From: Gammaproteobacteria bacterium
GTDB lineage: Bacteria > Pseudomonadota > Gammaproteobacteria > GCA-002705445 > GCA-002716945
Assembly (NCBI GenBank): GCA_030835925.1
Contig: JAURQW010000024.1
Span: 1-51,161 of the forward strand
Direction: 5' to 3'
Length of the DNA: 51,161 nt
In this document: piece after piece, positions 28,098 to 38,581 of the stretch
Layout: every line of letters begins with the position of its first letter
Numbering within the stretch: position 1 is the stretch's first letter
Notes under the pieces: model-generated
Databases searched by the model: none
The model's input: the letters and a program-made list of their open reading frames with translations, nothing else
Told to the model about the DNA's origin: nothing
Position numbers and translations under genes: made by a program

Positions 28098-30560
28098 TTA
28101 AAAAGGTTTAAAAGAAATTAGTAGTTTAGGTAATAGCGTTAATACCGCTACTAATGCAATGAACATTGCAAGTCCAGTTAGCAAGCCAAAGATAATGGTT
28201 GGAATAAAATTTGATAGAACAAGTATTGAAAAACCAAAAATTATGGTTATACCAGTGAAGAATATTGCCCTGCCAATGCTGTCATGTGATCGATATACTG
28301 ATTCGCTATAGTTTTTTGTCTTATTATATTCCTCTCTAAACCTATAGATATAATGTATGCTGTTATCAACTGCTATACCTACTGCAATAGCAGCAATTGT
28401 TATTGTCATCATATCTAGAGGAAGTTTAATCAGACCCATTAGCCCTAAAACAAAACCAGCAGCTAGCAGGTTTGGTATAATCCCTATTACCGCCAATGAT
28501 AGAGATTTAAAAAGTATCAAAAACATGGTGGTTATGCCAATCATCACAAAACCCATAGACAAAATTTGTGAATTAAATAAGCTTTGAAGCATATTATTGT
28601 ATAACACCAATACCCCTGTTAAATAAAACGAATCTTTATTGAATCCTAGTTTATTTAACATATCATTTTCAATTTTCCGGATGAGATTATCTCTCCTCAA
28701 ATCTGGATTAGAGTCTAATATTCTGACATTTATTCTCGCTTGATTCCTCTCTAGTGATACATAGGGGCTAATCGCAACATCTTTAACCTTTTTTGGAACT
28801 CTTTTATATAATAAAGCTAGTTCTAGACTATCTAATTCTTTACCTTCATTTAATTTTTCCGCAACCCTTACTGTTGATGCCAAAGACAAAACTTTACCAG
28901 TCTCTGATAATGAGTCTAAATAGTCATGAACTTTTTTTATTTTGTTAATTTTATTCTTGGTAAACCATTGTTGACTTACATCAGCCTCCTCTTCATCTAA
29001 TAAATCTAAATCATAATCATCTGATACATCATTAGATATATCATCTTCCTGAAATTGAATTATTATGTCTAGTGGAGTTGTCCCACCCAGTTTATCATCT
29101 ATCTTTTTCATACCTTTGTAGATTTCTGTATTAGCTTTAAAATAATTAATAAAACTGTTTTCAACTTTTAATTGAGATATGCCATATATTGTTAAAATTA
29201 ATATAAAAAAACTAATTGTTGTAATAGAAGAACCTTTCTTGACTGTAATATCTGCTAAAAACTTCGTAAATGCAAAAGCAGTAGTTTTTGATGTATTTTT
29301 ATTATTTTTTTTAAGCAAACATAAGATGCTTGGAAATAAAAAAAATGTCGTTACAAAGGTTACAATTAATCCTAGAGTCATCATGTAACCAAAATCTATT
29401 ACAGGTTTAATGTCACTTAGAACCAAGGAAGCAAATGCAACTATAGTTGTCAAGGCTGTATAAAGGCACGGCCAAACCATCTGTTTTGTTGTTTCATAGA
29501 CAGCTTCAACTTGTTTCGATGCTTCTGAACTAATCTGTCTATAGCGAACAATCAAATGGATATTCATAGAAAGAGTAAGAATAAGCATCAATGAAATAAA
29601 ATTAGATGAGATTACTGTTACTTCCCAATTTAATAGGCCCAATAAACCTATCATAAATATAACGGCATAGATGCAGCTTAATACTGGAAGTACAACCCAT
29701 TTTATTGATCTAAAGATAACTATCAGAGTTAGCACAATAAATATGAATACACCTAAACCAAAATTTATCAAATCATTTTTGACATACAATATCATGTCAT
29801 CTGCAATCATTGGAATTCCACCCATGCGTAATTCAATGTCATGTATTTCCATGAACTCCTTCTGAACATCTCTGGCCTGCTTAAGAAGATTATGAATTTG
29901 TTTATCATATAAACTTTTTATAGTTTTATATTCAGATTTGATTGTTTCAAGTCTCAATACTTCTAAAGATGTAATATTGCCACTAATTTTCTTGGATACT
30001 AGAGAAGCTTTAATTTTATTTAGTTCTAGTAGCTCAGGATTTGAACTTAAGATAATTTGTAGTGCAGTTGTAGTTCCGTCCTCAGATATTATTAAGTTCT
30101 TATAAATTGGACTATTTAAAATTTCTTTTTTAGCTTTAATTTTATCTGTGTTATTCGATAATAATGTAGGCACATTATTAATCATTTCTATGAGAGGAGT
30201 ATCAGAGCTTTCTACCAATGGAATATCAATTAATGAAACTACAGATTCAACATTATCAATGGATAATATCCTCTTTTTGAGTCTTTTAATGATACTTATA
30301 TTTTCTTCATCAAAGATATCTCCATTATTTGGGGAAAGCGTCATTACAATGAAGTCATTAGCGCCATAATCTTGGATTATATTTCTATATTTTGCTAAGT
30401 CCTTATCATTCTCCAATATTAGAGAATCAGCAGATGCATCCAATTTAAAATTTGGAATATTTACTATCATTATTCCAAGCATAAGTAGCATTATTACAAT
30501 TACATGTTTAGGATAATTTAGGATGTATTGTAAATATATGTGTGAAAAATTTTTAATCAT
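28098..30560 (-). CDS. MMPL-family RND transporter
   Basis: 820 aa with two repeats of TM, large periplasmic loop and 5 TM. KLDASADSL, TALTTIVAFASL, LGGTTPLDII, GIAVDNSIHYIYRFREE. Confidence 0.9.
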   Translation of the reverse strand: MIKNFSHIYLQYILNYPKHVIVIMLLMLGIMIVNIPNFKLDASADSLILENDKDLAKYRNIIQDYGANDFIVMTLSPNNGDIFDEENISIIKRLKKRILSIDNVESVVSLIDIPLVESSDTPLIEMINNVPTLLSNNTDKIKAKKEILNSPIYKNLIISEDGTTTALQIILSSNPELLELNKIKASLVSKKISGNITSLEVLRLETIKSEYKTIKSLYDKQIHNLLKQARDVQKEFMEIHDIELRMGGIPMIADDMILYVKNDLINFGLGVFIFIVLTLIVIFRSIKWVVLPVLSCIYAVIFMIGLLGLLNWEVTVISSNFISLMLILTLSMNIHLIVRYRQISSEASKQVEAVYETTKQMVWPCLYTALTTIVAFASLVLSDIKPVIDFGYMMTLGLIVTFVTTFFLFPSILCLLKKNNKNTSKTTAFAFTKFLADITVKKGSSITTISFFILILTIYGISQLKVENSFINYFKANTEIYKGMKKIDDKLGGTTPLDIIIQFQEDDISNDVSDDYDLDLLDEEEADVSQQWFTKNKINKIKKVHDYLDSLSETGKVLSLASTVRVAEKLNEGKELDSLELALLYKRVPKKVKDVAISPYVSLERNQARINVRILDSNPDLRRDNLIRKIENDMLNKLGFNKDSFYLTGVLVLYNNMLQSLFNSQILSMGFVMIGITTMFLILFKSLSLAVIGIIPNLLAAGFVLGLMGLIKLPLDMMTITIAAIAVGIAVDNSIHYIYRFREEYNKTKNYSESVYRSHDSIGRAIFFTGITIIFGFSILVLSNFIPTIIFGLLTGLAMFIALVAVLTLLPKLLISFKPF

Positions 30561-30619
30561 GGCATTATTCTGTATAAGATTTTAGAATATCTAATCAAAG
30601 AACCTTTTAAAAGATAAAT

Positions 30620-31882
30620 ATGGATAAATTAATAATAAATGGTATGGTGCCTTTAAATGGTGAAGTAGCAATTTCGGGTGCTAAAAATGCTGTTCTGCCT
30701 ATGTTATGTGCATCAGTCTTGGTCGACAGCGGAAGTGTCGTATTAAAAAATATCCCACATCTTCATGATGTAACGACAACAGTCAGGTTATTAAGATCAA
30801 TGGGAGTGAGTGTAACCCTCGATGATAATATGAATATCGAGCTTGATCCCTCAACAATTAAAAATTTTTATGCTCCGTACGATCTCGTTAAAACCATGAG
30901 ATCATCAATATTAGTCTTAGGTCCGCTATTATCAAAATTTGGACAAGCAAAAGTGTCTTTACCAGGAGGTTGCGCTATCGGCACAAGACCCGTAGAAATG
31001 CATTTGGATGCTTTGACTAGGATGGGTGCTTCTATAAAAATAGAAAATGGTTATATAACTGCAACAACAACAAAACTAGTTGGTACGAATATCAACTTTC
31101 CAAAATCAACAGTTACTGGCACTGAGAATATATTAATGGCTTCAACTTTAGCTGAGGGAAATACGATTATTTATAATGCTGCACGAGAACCTGAGGTTGT
31201 TGACTTGGGTAATTTTTTAAATGAAATGGGAGCATCAATAACAGGTCATGGCACAGATACTATCAAAATCAAAGGTGTCTCAGAACTCAAAGGAATCTCT
31301 TATAGCGCTTTGCCAGATAGAATTGAAACAGGGACTTTTCTTGTAGCAGCTGCAATTACGGGTGGCAAAATTACTGTAAAGAATACAATACCTGAGCATG
31401 TCGAGACCATAATTCAAAAACTAAAAGAATCTGGAGCAAAAATTTCATCATCCAAAACTTCAATTACATTAGACATGAAAGGTGTAAAACCAAAACCCGT
31501 GAATATTGAAACAGGTGCATATCCATTATTTCCAACAGATATGCAAGCCCAAATCACAGCATTAAATACGATAGCTGATGGAATAAGCATAATAAAAGAA
31601 AATATATTTGAAAACCGCTTTATGCATGTACAAGAAATGACTAGAATGGGAGCAGAAATTAGGTTGGAGAAGAACTGTGCGATAATATCAGGTGTTGATA
31701 ACCTGGTAGGTGCTCCGGTAATGGCAACAGATTTGAGGGCTTCTGCTAGTTTAATTTTAGTTGGCTTAGCCGCCAAAGGAACTACCGAAATTGAAAGAAT
31801 ATATCATATTGACAGAGGATATGATTGTATAGAAGAAAAATTAAGGCAACTTGGCGCTGATATCAGTAGAGAGCCAATGTAA
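30620..31882 (+). CDS. murA: UDP-N-acetylglucosamine 1-carboxyvinyltransferase
   Basis: [50 protein letters not shown]. Confidence 0.97.
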   Translation: MDKLIINGMVPLNGEVAISGAKNAVLPMLCASVLVDSGSVVLKNIPHLHDVTTTVRLLRSMGVSVTLDDNMNIELDPSTIKNFYAPYDLVKTMRSSILVLGPLLSKFGQAKVSLPGGCAIGTRPVEMHLDALTRMGASIKIENGYITATTTKLVGTNINFPKSTVTGTENILMASTLAEGNTIIYNAAREPEVVDLGNFLNEMGASITGHGTDTIKIKGVSELKGISYSALPDRIETGTFLVAAAITGGKITVKNTIPEHVETIIQKLKESGAKISSSKTSITLDMKGVKPKPVNIETGAYPLFPTDMQAQITALNTIADGISIIKENIFENRFMHVQEMTRMGAEIRLEKNCAIISGVDNLVGAPVMATDLRASASLILVGLAAKGTTEIERIYHIDRGYDCIEEKLRQLGADISREPM

Positions 31883-31888
31883 AAAAAT

Positions 31889-32506
31889 ATGAAGAAATTA
31901 TTATTAGCAATATCAAAAGGAAGAATTCTTGAAGAAGCGCTTGAAATATTGAGTGCCTCAGGCATAGAATGCCTTGAATCCCCATTCACATCTCGTAAGT
32001 TAATATTTCAAACTAATTATAAAAATTTAGAGATAATAATAGTAAGAGCCAGTGATGTTCCTATTTATATTGAGTCAGGTAAAGTTGACTTTGGTATTGT
32101 TGGTAAAGATACTCTATTTGAGTCTAACTTAAATAATCATATACGCATAGCAGATCTAAATATTGCTGCATGTAGATTAGTTGTTGCGGGAAAGAGTGGA
32201 GTTACTTTACAAAATAATATGAAAGTTGCAACCAAATATCCTACAATCACAAAAAAATTCTTTCAGAGTAAGGGCTTGCCATGTTCCGTGCTCAAACTCT
32301 ATGGATCTATTGAATTAGCAGCAGTTCTTGGATTATCCGACGTTGTAGTTGATCTTGTAGAGTCTGGACAAACTTTAAAACAAAATGGTCTTGTAGAGAT
32401 AGAACTAATTGATAAAATTACATCGATGCTCATAGTGAACAAAACATCATATAAGCTTAATAGGAAAGAAATAACAAAACTTTTAGAAAAAATGAAATTG
32501 GATTAA
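31889..32506 (+). CDS. hisG: ATP phosphoribosyltransferase, short form (needs HisZ)
   Basis: AISKGRI, SRKL, VATKYP, LYGSIELA, DLVESGQTLKQNGL. 205 aa, with no C-terminal regulatory domain. Confidence 0.94.
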   Translation: MKKLLLAISKGRILEEALEILSASGIECLESPFTSRKLIFQTNYKNLEIIIVRASDVPIYIESGKVDFGIVGKDTLFESNLNNHIRIADLNIAACRLVVAGKSGVTLQNNMKVATKYPTITKKFFQSKGLPCSVLKLYGSIELAAVLGLSDVVVDLVESGQTLKQNGLVEIELIDKITSMLIVNKTSYKLNRKEITKLLEKMKLD

Positions 32507-32508
32507 TT

Positions 32509-33564
32509 ATGACAATAAGCAAATTAACAGATGACCTAAAAATATCATCATTGAAGGAAATGATATCGCCAAGTGATTTAATCACAGAACTACCTCTATC
32601 AGAATCAGCAATTAAAACTGTTATAGATTGTAGATCGGAAATTATAAAGATACTAAATGGAGAAGACAAAAGATTAATGCTCATAGTTGGTCCATGTTCA
32701 ATTCATGATGTTGATGCGGCAATAGAGTATGCTGAGAAACTCCTTAAGGTTAAAGAAAGAGTAAAAAATAATATCTTGATTATTATGAGGGTATATTTTG
32801 AAAAACCGAGAACTGTCATTGGGTGGAAGGGATTAATAAATGATCCAGACCTAGATAATAGCTTTAATATTAACAAAGGTATCAAGATTGCAAGAAAACT
32901 ATTAATAGATCTTGCTGAAATGGGTATTCCTGCGGGTCATGAATATTTGGATCTTATAAGTCCGCAATATATATCTGATGTAATATGTTGGGGTGCAATA
33001 GGCGCTAGAACAACAGAAAGTCAAAGTCACAGAGAACTTGCTTCAGGATTATCATGCCCGGTAGGTTTCAAAAATGGAACAGATGGAGGTATTCAGATTG
33101 CAGTCGATGCAATTAAAGCTGCTAGTAAAGCACATAACTTCCTTTCTGTTACTAAAGAAGGCAAGTCAGCTATTTTCTCGACAACAGGTAATAAAGATTG
33201 TCATATAATACTAAGAGGTGGTAAAAATACAAACTATCAGTCTAAAGATGTTTCTAGTGTATCAGATGTATTAATTGATAATTCATTGCCAAATAATATT
33301 ATGATTGATGCAAGTCATGCTAACAGTCAAAAAGATCATACAAAACAGAGGTTAGTAGTAGACGACATCGTCAGTCAGATTACCAACGGTAATCAATCTA
33401 TATGCGGAGTGATGTTAGAGAGCAACCTTGTGTCGGGGCGCCAAGATATATCTAGTCCCGAGAGTCTAGTATATGGGCAAAGTATAACAGATGCGTGCAT
33501 AGGGTGGGATGAAACAGAAGAATTGATAGATTCTCTAGACAAGGCAATTGAAAGTAATAAATGA
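32509..33564 (+). CDS. aroG: DAHP synthase, class I-alpha (AroG/F/H isoform not resolved)
   Basis: GPCSIHD, RVYFEKPRT..GWKG, IGARTTESQ.HRELASGLS, DASHANS, YGQSITDACIGW. Confidence 0.92.
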   Translation: MTISKLTDDLKISSLKEMISPSDLITELPLSESAIKTVIDCRSEIIKILNGEDKRLMLIVGPCSIHDVDAAIEYAEKLLKVKERVKNNILIIMRVYFEKPRTVIGWKGLINDPDLDNSFNINKGIKIARKLLIDLAEMGIPAGHEYLDLISPQYISDVICWGAIGARTTESQSHRELASGLSCPVGFKNGTDGGIQIAVDAIKAASKAHNFLSVTKEGKSAIFSTTGNKDCHIILRGGKNTNYQSKDVSSVSDVLIDNSLPNNIMIDASHANSQKDHTKQRLVVDDIVSQITNGNQSICGVMLESNLVSGRQDISSPESLVYGQSITDACIGWDETEELIDSLDKAIESNK

Positions 33565-34859
33565 AAATAAAATATTTTACACTCGATACTTCAAAAAAAG
33601 ATTTTGAAAAAAAATTTAAAAATCGTATTAGGATTAATGCAAGTACAAATAAAAAGGTTCAAGAATTAGTTGATACGATTATATCTAATATCAGAAGCAA
33701 AGGAGATTCCTCACTAGTCAACTATGTCAATAAGTTTGATGGATATAAAATCAAAAATATCAAAGATATACTTATCACAAGTAAACAGATTAAAGAGGCA
33801 TACTCATACATAGATAAATCTCAAATAACGAATCTAAAAAAATCTATATCTAGAATTCGTAAGTTTGCTAAACAACAGAAAACTATTAGTTGGTCGGATA
33901 AACATGAAGGTACTATCCTAGGAGAAAAAGTTACTCCGATAAACTCAGTTGGTGTTTATGTTCCTGCGGGTAAAGCATCATACCCGTCAACAGTTTTGAT
34001 GAATGTAGTCCCTGCAAAAGTTGCTGGTGTGAAAAATATTAGCATGAGTTGTCCAATTAATTCTGTTGAAGAACATGCTCTCGCAATTATAGCTGCAGAT
34101 TTATGTGGGGTAGATAAAATTTATAGAATGGGAGGTGCTCATGCTGTGTCAGCATTAGCCTATGGCACGAAAACCATAGAGCCTGTCGATAAAATCGTTG
34201 GACCTGGAAATATTTATGTAACTTTAGCTAAAAAAACTGTGTTTGGTGATGTTGGAATTGATAATATAGCCGGTCCCTCTGAAGTTGTTGTTGTTGCTGA
34301 TAAAACTAATAATCCTGATTGGGTGGCTATGGATTTATTTTCTCAAGCTGAGCATGATGAATTAGCGCAACCTATACTTATCAGTTCAAGTATACAAGTT
34401 CTTAAAAATGTACAAGATTCAATCGAGAAACTACTACCATCAATGTTGAGAAAAAATATTATCACTAAATCTTTCAATAACAGAGGAATGTTTATTAAAA
34501 CAAAAAACGATAAAGAAATCTCTAGTTTAATAAATTCTATCGCTCCAGAGCATTTAGAAATTATGTCTAAGAATCATAATTTATTGTTAAAGGATATAAA
34601 TAATGCCGGGGCAATATTTTTAGGTGAGTACAGCCCCGAAGTATTTGGTGATTATTGTGCTGGACCAAATCATGTGTTACCAACTTCTGGATCTGCAAAA
34701 TTCTCTTCGCCTCTTGGAGTAGAAGATTTTCAGAAACGCTCGAGTATAATTAATATATCAAAAAAGACAGCCATACATCTTAGTAAGATATCAATATCAA
34801 TAGCTTTAGCTGAGGGACTCCAGGCTCATGCATTGTCTGCGAAATTTAGAGGTAAATAG
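33561..34859 (+). CDS. hisD: Histidinol dehydrogenase
   Basis: GVYVPAG, GPGNIYV, IAGPSE, SQAEHD, APEHLE, GDYCAGPNHVLPT, AEGLQAHA. Confidence 0.96.
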   Translation: MKIKYFTLDTSKKDFEKKFKNRIRINASTNKKVQELVDTIISNIRSKGDSSLVNYVNKFDGYKIKNIKDILITSKQIKEAYSYIDKSQITNLKKSISRIRKFAKQQKTISWSDKHEGTILGEKVTPINSVGVYVPAGKASYPSTVLMNVVPAKVAGVKNISMSCPINSVEEHALAIIAADLCGVDKIYRMGGAHAVSALAYGTKTIEPVDKIVGPGNIYVTLAKKTVFGDVGIDNIAGPSEVVVVADKTNNPDWVAMDLFSQAEHDELAQPILISSSIQVLKNVQDSIEKLLPSMLRKNIITKSFNNRGMFIKTKNDKEISSLINSIAPEHLEIMSKNHNLLLKDINNAGAIFLGEYSPEVFGDYCAGPNHVLPTSGSAKFSSPLGVEDFQKRSSIINISKKTAIHLSKISISIALAEGLQAHALSAKFRGK

Positions 34860-34863
34860 GTGT

Positions 34864-35928
34864 CTAGTAATAATCCATTTTAGAAACTAAAATATTCACA
34901 TTAGTTAATCTACTATCTCGCTCTATTTGCATTTCAATAACTTGACCAGGTTTTGAATTACCAATTATTTTTTGAATATTTTTAATTTCTGTAACAGATT
35001 TTCCATCAATTTTTTTGATTATATCATTTGTTTTAATCCCGCTGATGTCTGCAGGACTACCTGGTATGACACCATTAACCAATACTCCCAAGCCTCTATA
35101 ATTAATTTCTGCAGAAATTCCTACATATCCACGTATTACTTCTCCATTTTGAATGATCTCTCGAAAAACATATTTAACTATATCAATTGGGATTGCAAAA
35201 CCAATGCCATCAGCACCTCCAGAAACTGAAATTATTGAGGTGTTAATTCCAATTAACTCGCCATTGTAGTTAACAAGAGCTCCTCCTGAGTTTCCTGGAT
35301 TGATTGCTGCATCAGTCTGAACATACCTTTGATATGAATAAGCATTTGGTGAAATTTCTTTGTCAGTTGCTGATATTATACCTAAAGTAATAGTTTGCCC
35401 AACCCCTAAAGGATTACCTATAGCTAAAGCTATGTCACCAATATTGATATTCTTAATATTTCCAAGAGTAATGCCTGATGAGTACTTATCAATTTTTAAT
35501 ACTGCAAGGTCTGTTAATGGATCAATACCAACAATTACCGTACCATATTCTTTTCCATCATAATCCTTAACTAAAATCTCTTCTGATCCAGCTATGACAT
35601 GGAAATTTGTTATAATATGTCCCTGTGAACTAATTATTACTCCAGAACCTTGACCTGTTGGAGAATATTTTTTTTTCACTAATGCTCTTTCTCTTGGGTC
35701 TATAAAATATATATTTTTTCTGGCTGTAGATTTTCTTGTATAGATAGACACAACTGACTTATTAACCTTTTTGAATACATCTGAATAACTATTAGAGTTA
35801 TCATAGTTTTTAGGATGATGGATAGATTCAACCACTTCTATGCGATTGCCAAATATATTAGGTGCAAGAAAATAGATAATAATAGCTGTAATAGCTCCAA
35901 CTATGGCATATCCTTTAATTTCTTTCAT
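34864..35928 (-). CDS. degS: HtrA-family serine protease with one PDZ domain (DegS/AlgW)
   Basis: N-terminal TM anchor, GSGVII...TNFHVI, DLAVL, QTDAAINPGNSGGAL. Convergent with hisD. Confidence 0.82.
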   Translation of the reverse strand: MKEIKGYAIVGAITAIIIYFLAPNIFGNRIEVVESIHHPKNYDNSNSYSDVFKKVNKSVVSIYTRKSTARKNIYFIDPRERALVKKKYSPTGQGSGVIISSQGHIITNFHVIAGSEEILVKDYDGKEYGTVIVGIDPLTDLAVLKIDKYSSGITLGNIKNINIGDIALAIGNPLGVGQTITLGIISATDKEISPNAYSYQRYVQTDAAINPGNSGGALVNYNGELIGINTSIISVSGGADGIGFAIPIDIVKYVFREIIQNGEVIRGYVGISAEINYRGLGVLVNGVIPGSPADISGIKTNDIIKKIDGKSVTEIKNIQKIIGNSKPGQVIEMQIERDSRLTNVNILVSKMDYY

Positions 35929-36052
35929 AATATATCACCTCTATGAAGTAAGGTTATAATTATTAGAATTATATTACATATTACTATAAGACACTCAATA
36001 AAATTTATGTTAGTATAAACGCGATTAAGAATAGCAACTTATTTGAAAATAC

Positions 36053-36646
36053 ATGAGCAACTCAAATAAACCATCAAACAGAAGGAAATTTCTAACAAAT
36101 CTAACTCAGATTATGGGTGGAGTAGGCGGAGTTTTTGCTGTAATCCCATTTCTGTCTACGATGTCACCTAGCGAAAAAGCTAAGGCTGCAGGAGCACCTG
36201 TCGAAATAGATGTATCCGCATTAAGACCAGGGTCTTATAAGATTGTTGAATGGAGAGGGAAGCCTGTATGGGTTGTAAGAAGAACTGAAGAAATGATCAG
36301 AAATACTCTTGAAGATGACAAAGTTTTGAGTGATCCGAAATCCCTTGGAGAACATCAGCCAATTTATACGAAAAATAAATATAGATCTATTAACCCAGAA
36401 TTTTTAGTTTTAGTGGGTGTGTGTACTCACCTTGGTTGTTCTCCTTTGTATAAACCAAATGCTAAATCTGCGGAATTAGGGTTGGATTGGAACGGAGGTT
36501 TCTTTTGCCCATGTCATGGTTCAAAATTTGATTTGTCCGGTAGAGTTCACAAGGCCATGCCAGCACCTTCGAATCTAGAAGTTCCTCCATATTATTTTGC
36601 ATCAGATAATAAAATAATTGTGGGTGAAGATGGAGAAAAAAGCTAA
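36053..36646 (+). CDS. petA: Ubiquinol-cytochrome c reductase Rieske Fe-S subunit
   Basis: Tat motif NRRKFL, CTHLGC and CPCHGS. Confidence 0.97.
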   Translation: MSNSNKPSNRRKFLTNLTQIMGGVGGVFAVIPFLSTMSPSEKAKAAGAPVEIDVSALRPGSYKIVEWRGKPVWVVRRTEEMIRNTLEDDKVLSDPKSLGEHQPIYTKNKYRSINPEFLVLVGVCTHLGCSPLYKPNAKSAELGLDWNGGFFCPCHGSKFDLSGRVHKAMPAPSNLEVPPYYFASDNKIIVGEDGEKS

Positions 36647-37863
36647 TGGATAAGTTTATAACTTGGATTGATGAAAGACTTCCGGTTAGTAATTTTGTTA
36701 AAAATCACTTATCTCAGTATTATGCGCCTAAAAACTTTAATTTCTTTTACTATTTTGGCGCTTTAGCTATTTTTATTTTTATACTTCAGATTGTTACTGG
36801 AATCTTTTTAACAATTAACTATAAGCCAGATGCGGCATCAGCATTTGCCTCTGTAGAATATATAATGAGAGATGTGGAATGGGGTTGGCTGATTAGATAC
36901 TTACACTCAACTGGCGCATCTTTCTTTTTTGTTGTTATCTATCTTCATATGTTTAGAGCCATGTTATATGGTTCTTATAAAAATCCAAGAGAACTTCTGT
37001 GGTTGTTTGGAATGCTCATATTTGTCTTATTAATGGCAGAAGCCTTTATGGGTTATTTATTGCCATGGGGTCAAATGTCTTATTGGGGAGCTCAAGTAAT
37101 CATATCTTTATTTGGTGCAATTCCATACATTGGAGAATCCCTAGCGTTATGGATTAGAGGAGACTATGTAATTTCAGATGCTACCCTAAATAGATTTTTC
37201 GCGTTCCATGTAATTGCTCTTCCATTATTATTATTTGCTCTGATTTACTTACATTTAGCAGCTCTTCATACAAATGGATCTAATAACCCAGATGGAATAG
37301 AAATTAAAAAGAATAAAGATGCAAATGGAGTTCCATTAGATGGAATCCCTTTCCATCCATATTATACGGTTAAAGATATATTTGGTTTATCTGTGTTTTT
37401 ACTTATTTTTACATTCGTAGTATTTTTTATGCCAGAGCTAGGAGGATATTTCTTAGAAAAAGATAATTTTGTGCCAGCTGATCCTTTGAAAACTCCTGAA
37501 CATATAGTGCCTGTTTGGTATTTTACACCTTTTTATGCAATTCTTAGAGCTATTCCAGATAAAGTTGGCGGAGTACTTGCAATGGGCGCTGCAATATTCG
37601 TCTTATTTGTCTTACCTTGGATTGATAGATGTTCAGTAAAATCTATAAGATACAGAGGTATGTCATACAAAGTACTTTTAACACTTTTTGTGATTAGTTT
37701 CTTTGGATTAGGATATATTGGAATGAATCCTGCTACACCTGTATTAACTTGGATTGGCAGATTATTCACATTAATTTATTTTGGATTTTTTGTAGCTTTA
37801 TATTTTACAAGCGCAAATGAAAAAACCAAAGAACCACCTGATAGAGTTACAATGCATGATTAG
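36646..37863 (+). CDS. petB: Cytochrome b
   Basis: GWLIRYLHSTGAS, LPWGQMSYWGA, TLNRFFAFH, PEHIVPVWYF. Confidence 0.97.
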   Translation: MDKFITWIDERLPVSNFVKNHLSQYYAPKNFNFFYYFGALAIFIFILQIVTGIFLTINYKPDAASAFASVEYIMRDVEWGWLIRYLHSTGASFFFVVIYLHMFRAMLYGSYKNPRELLWLFGMLIFVLLMAEAFMGYLLPWGQMSYWGAQVIISLFGAIPYIGESLALWIRGDYVISDATLNRFFAFHVIALPLLLFALIYLHLAALHTNGSNNPDGIEIKKNKDANGVPLDGIPFHPYYTVKDIFGLSVFLLIFTFVVFFMPELGGYFLEKDNFVPADPLKTPEHIVPVWYFTPFYAILRAIPDKVGGVLAMGAAIFVLFVLPWIDRCSVKSIRYRGMSYKVLLTLFVISFFGLGYIGMNPATPVLTWIGRLFTLIYFGFFVALYFTSANEKTKEPPDRVTMHD

Positions 37864-38578
37864 GATACTATTAATCACAGCCATTATGATCTTACCAGTT
37901 CATGCGTATGCTGCTTCACAATCCATGCCTTTAAAAAGCGTACTTATTGATTTGAATAACAAGTCTTCGCTTCAGAGAGGCGCCCAAATTTATGTGAATA
38001 ACTGCTTGGGATGTCATACATTAAAATATCAGCGTTATGTAAAATTTGTAGATCATTTACAATTACCTGCAGAAACTATTGAGAATAATTTAATTTTCAC
38101 GACAAATAAAGATGGTGAGGCCACGAAAATTGGATCATTGATTTTGAATTCTGTGAATCCTGATCATGCTACAGAAGCTTTCGGAGTTATGCCGCCAGAT
38201 CTAACGTTAATTGCTAGATCTAGAGGAGCAGACTGGCTTTATACTTTTTTGACTTCGTTTTACAAAGATGAAACTAGACCTTTAGGAGTTAATAATTCTC
38301 TCTATTCTAATGTAGGCATGCCACATGTACTAGTTTGGATGGAAGGCTTGAAGAAACAATCTTCAGAAACTGGTGGATATGAGTATATTAACAAAGGAAC
38401 TATGACTTCAGCAGAATATGATAATGCTATGACAGATCTTGTTAATTTTTTAGTTTATGTTGCTGAGCCAGCTCAATTAGACAGATATAGGATAGGTTTT
38501 TGGGTTATACTCTTCTTAGGGGTTTTTTCCTTCATAGCATTTTTATTAAAAAGTGAATACTGGAAGGATGTAAAATAA
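37856..38578 (+). CDS. petC: Cytochrome c1
   Basis: SLQRGA, CLGCH heme motif, PPDLTLIARSRG, C-terminal TM and EYWKDVK. Start reassigned to the ATG at 37856. Confidence 0.95.
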   Translation: MIRILLITAIMILPVHAYAASQSMPLKSVLIDLNNKSSLQRGAQIYVNNCLGCHTLKYQRYVKFVDHLQLPAETIENNLIFTTNKDGEATKIGSLILNSVNPDHATEAFGVMPPDLTLIARSRGADWLYTFLTSFYKDETRPLGVNNSLYSNVGMPHVLVWMEGLKKQSSETGGYEYINKGTMTSAEYDNAMTDLVNFLVYVAEPAQLDRYRIGFWVILFLGVFSFIAFLLKSEYWKDVK

Positions 38579-38581
38579 TAT

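Noticed and set aside
26688-30560. Hopanoid transport locus (hpnM/hpnN)
   Set aside because: No shc or hpn biosynthesis genes are nearby, and mlaC is at the ancestral mla position. Not fully excluded without the rest of the genome.
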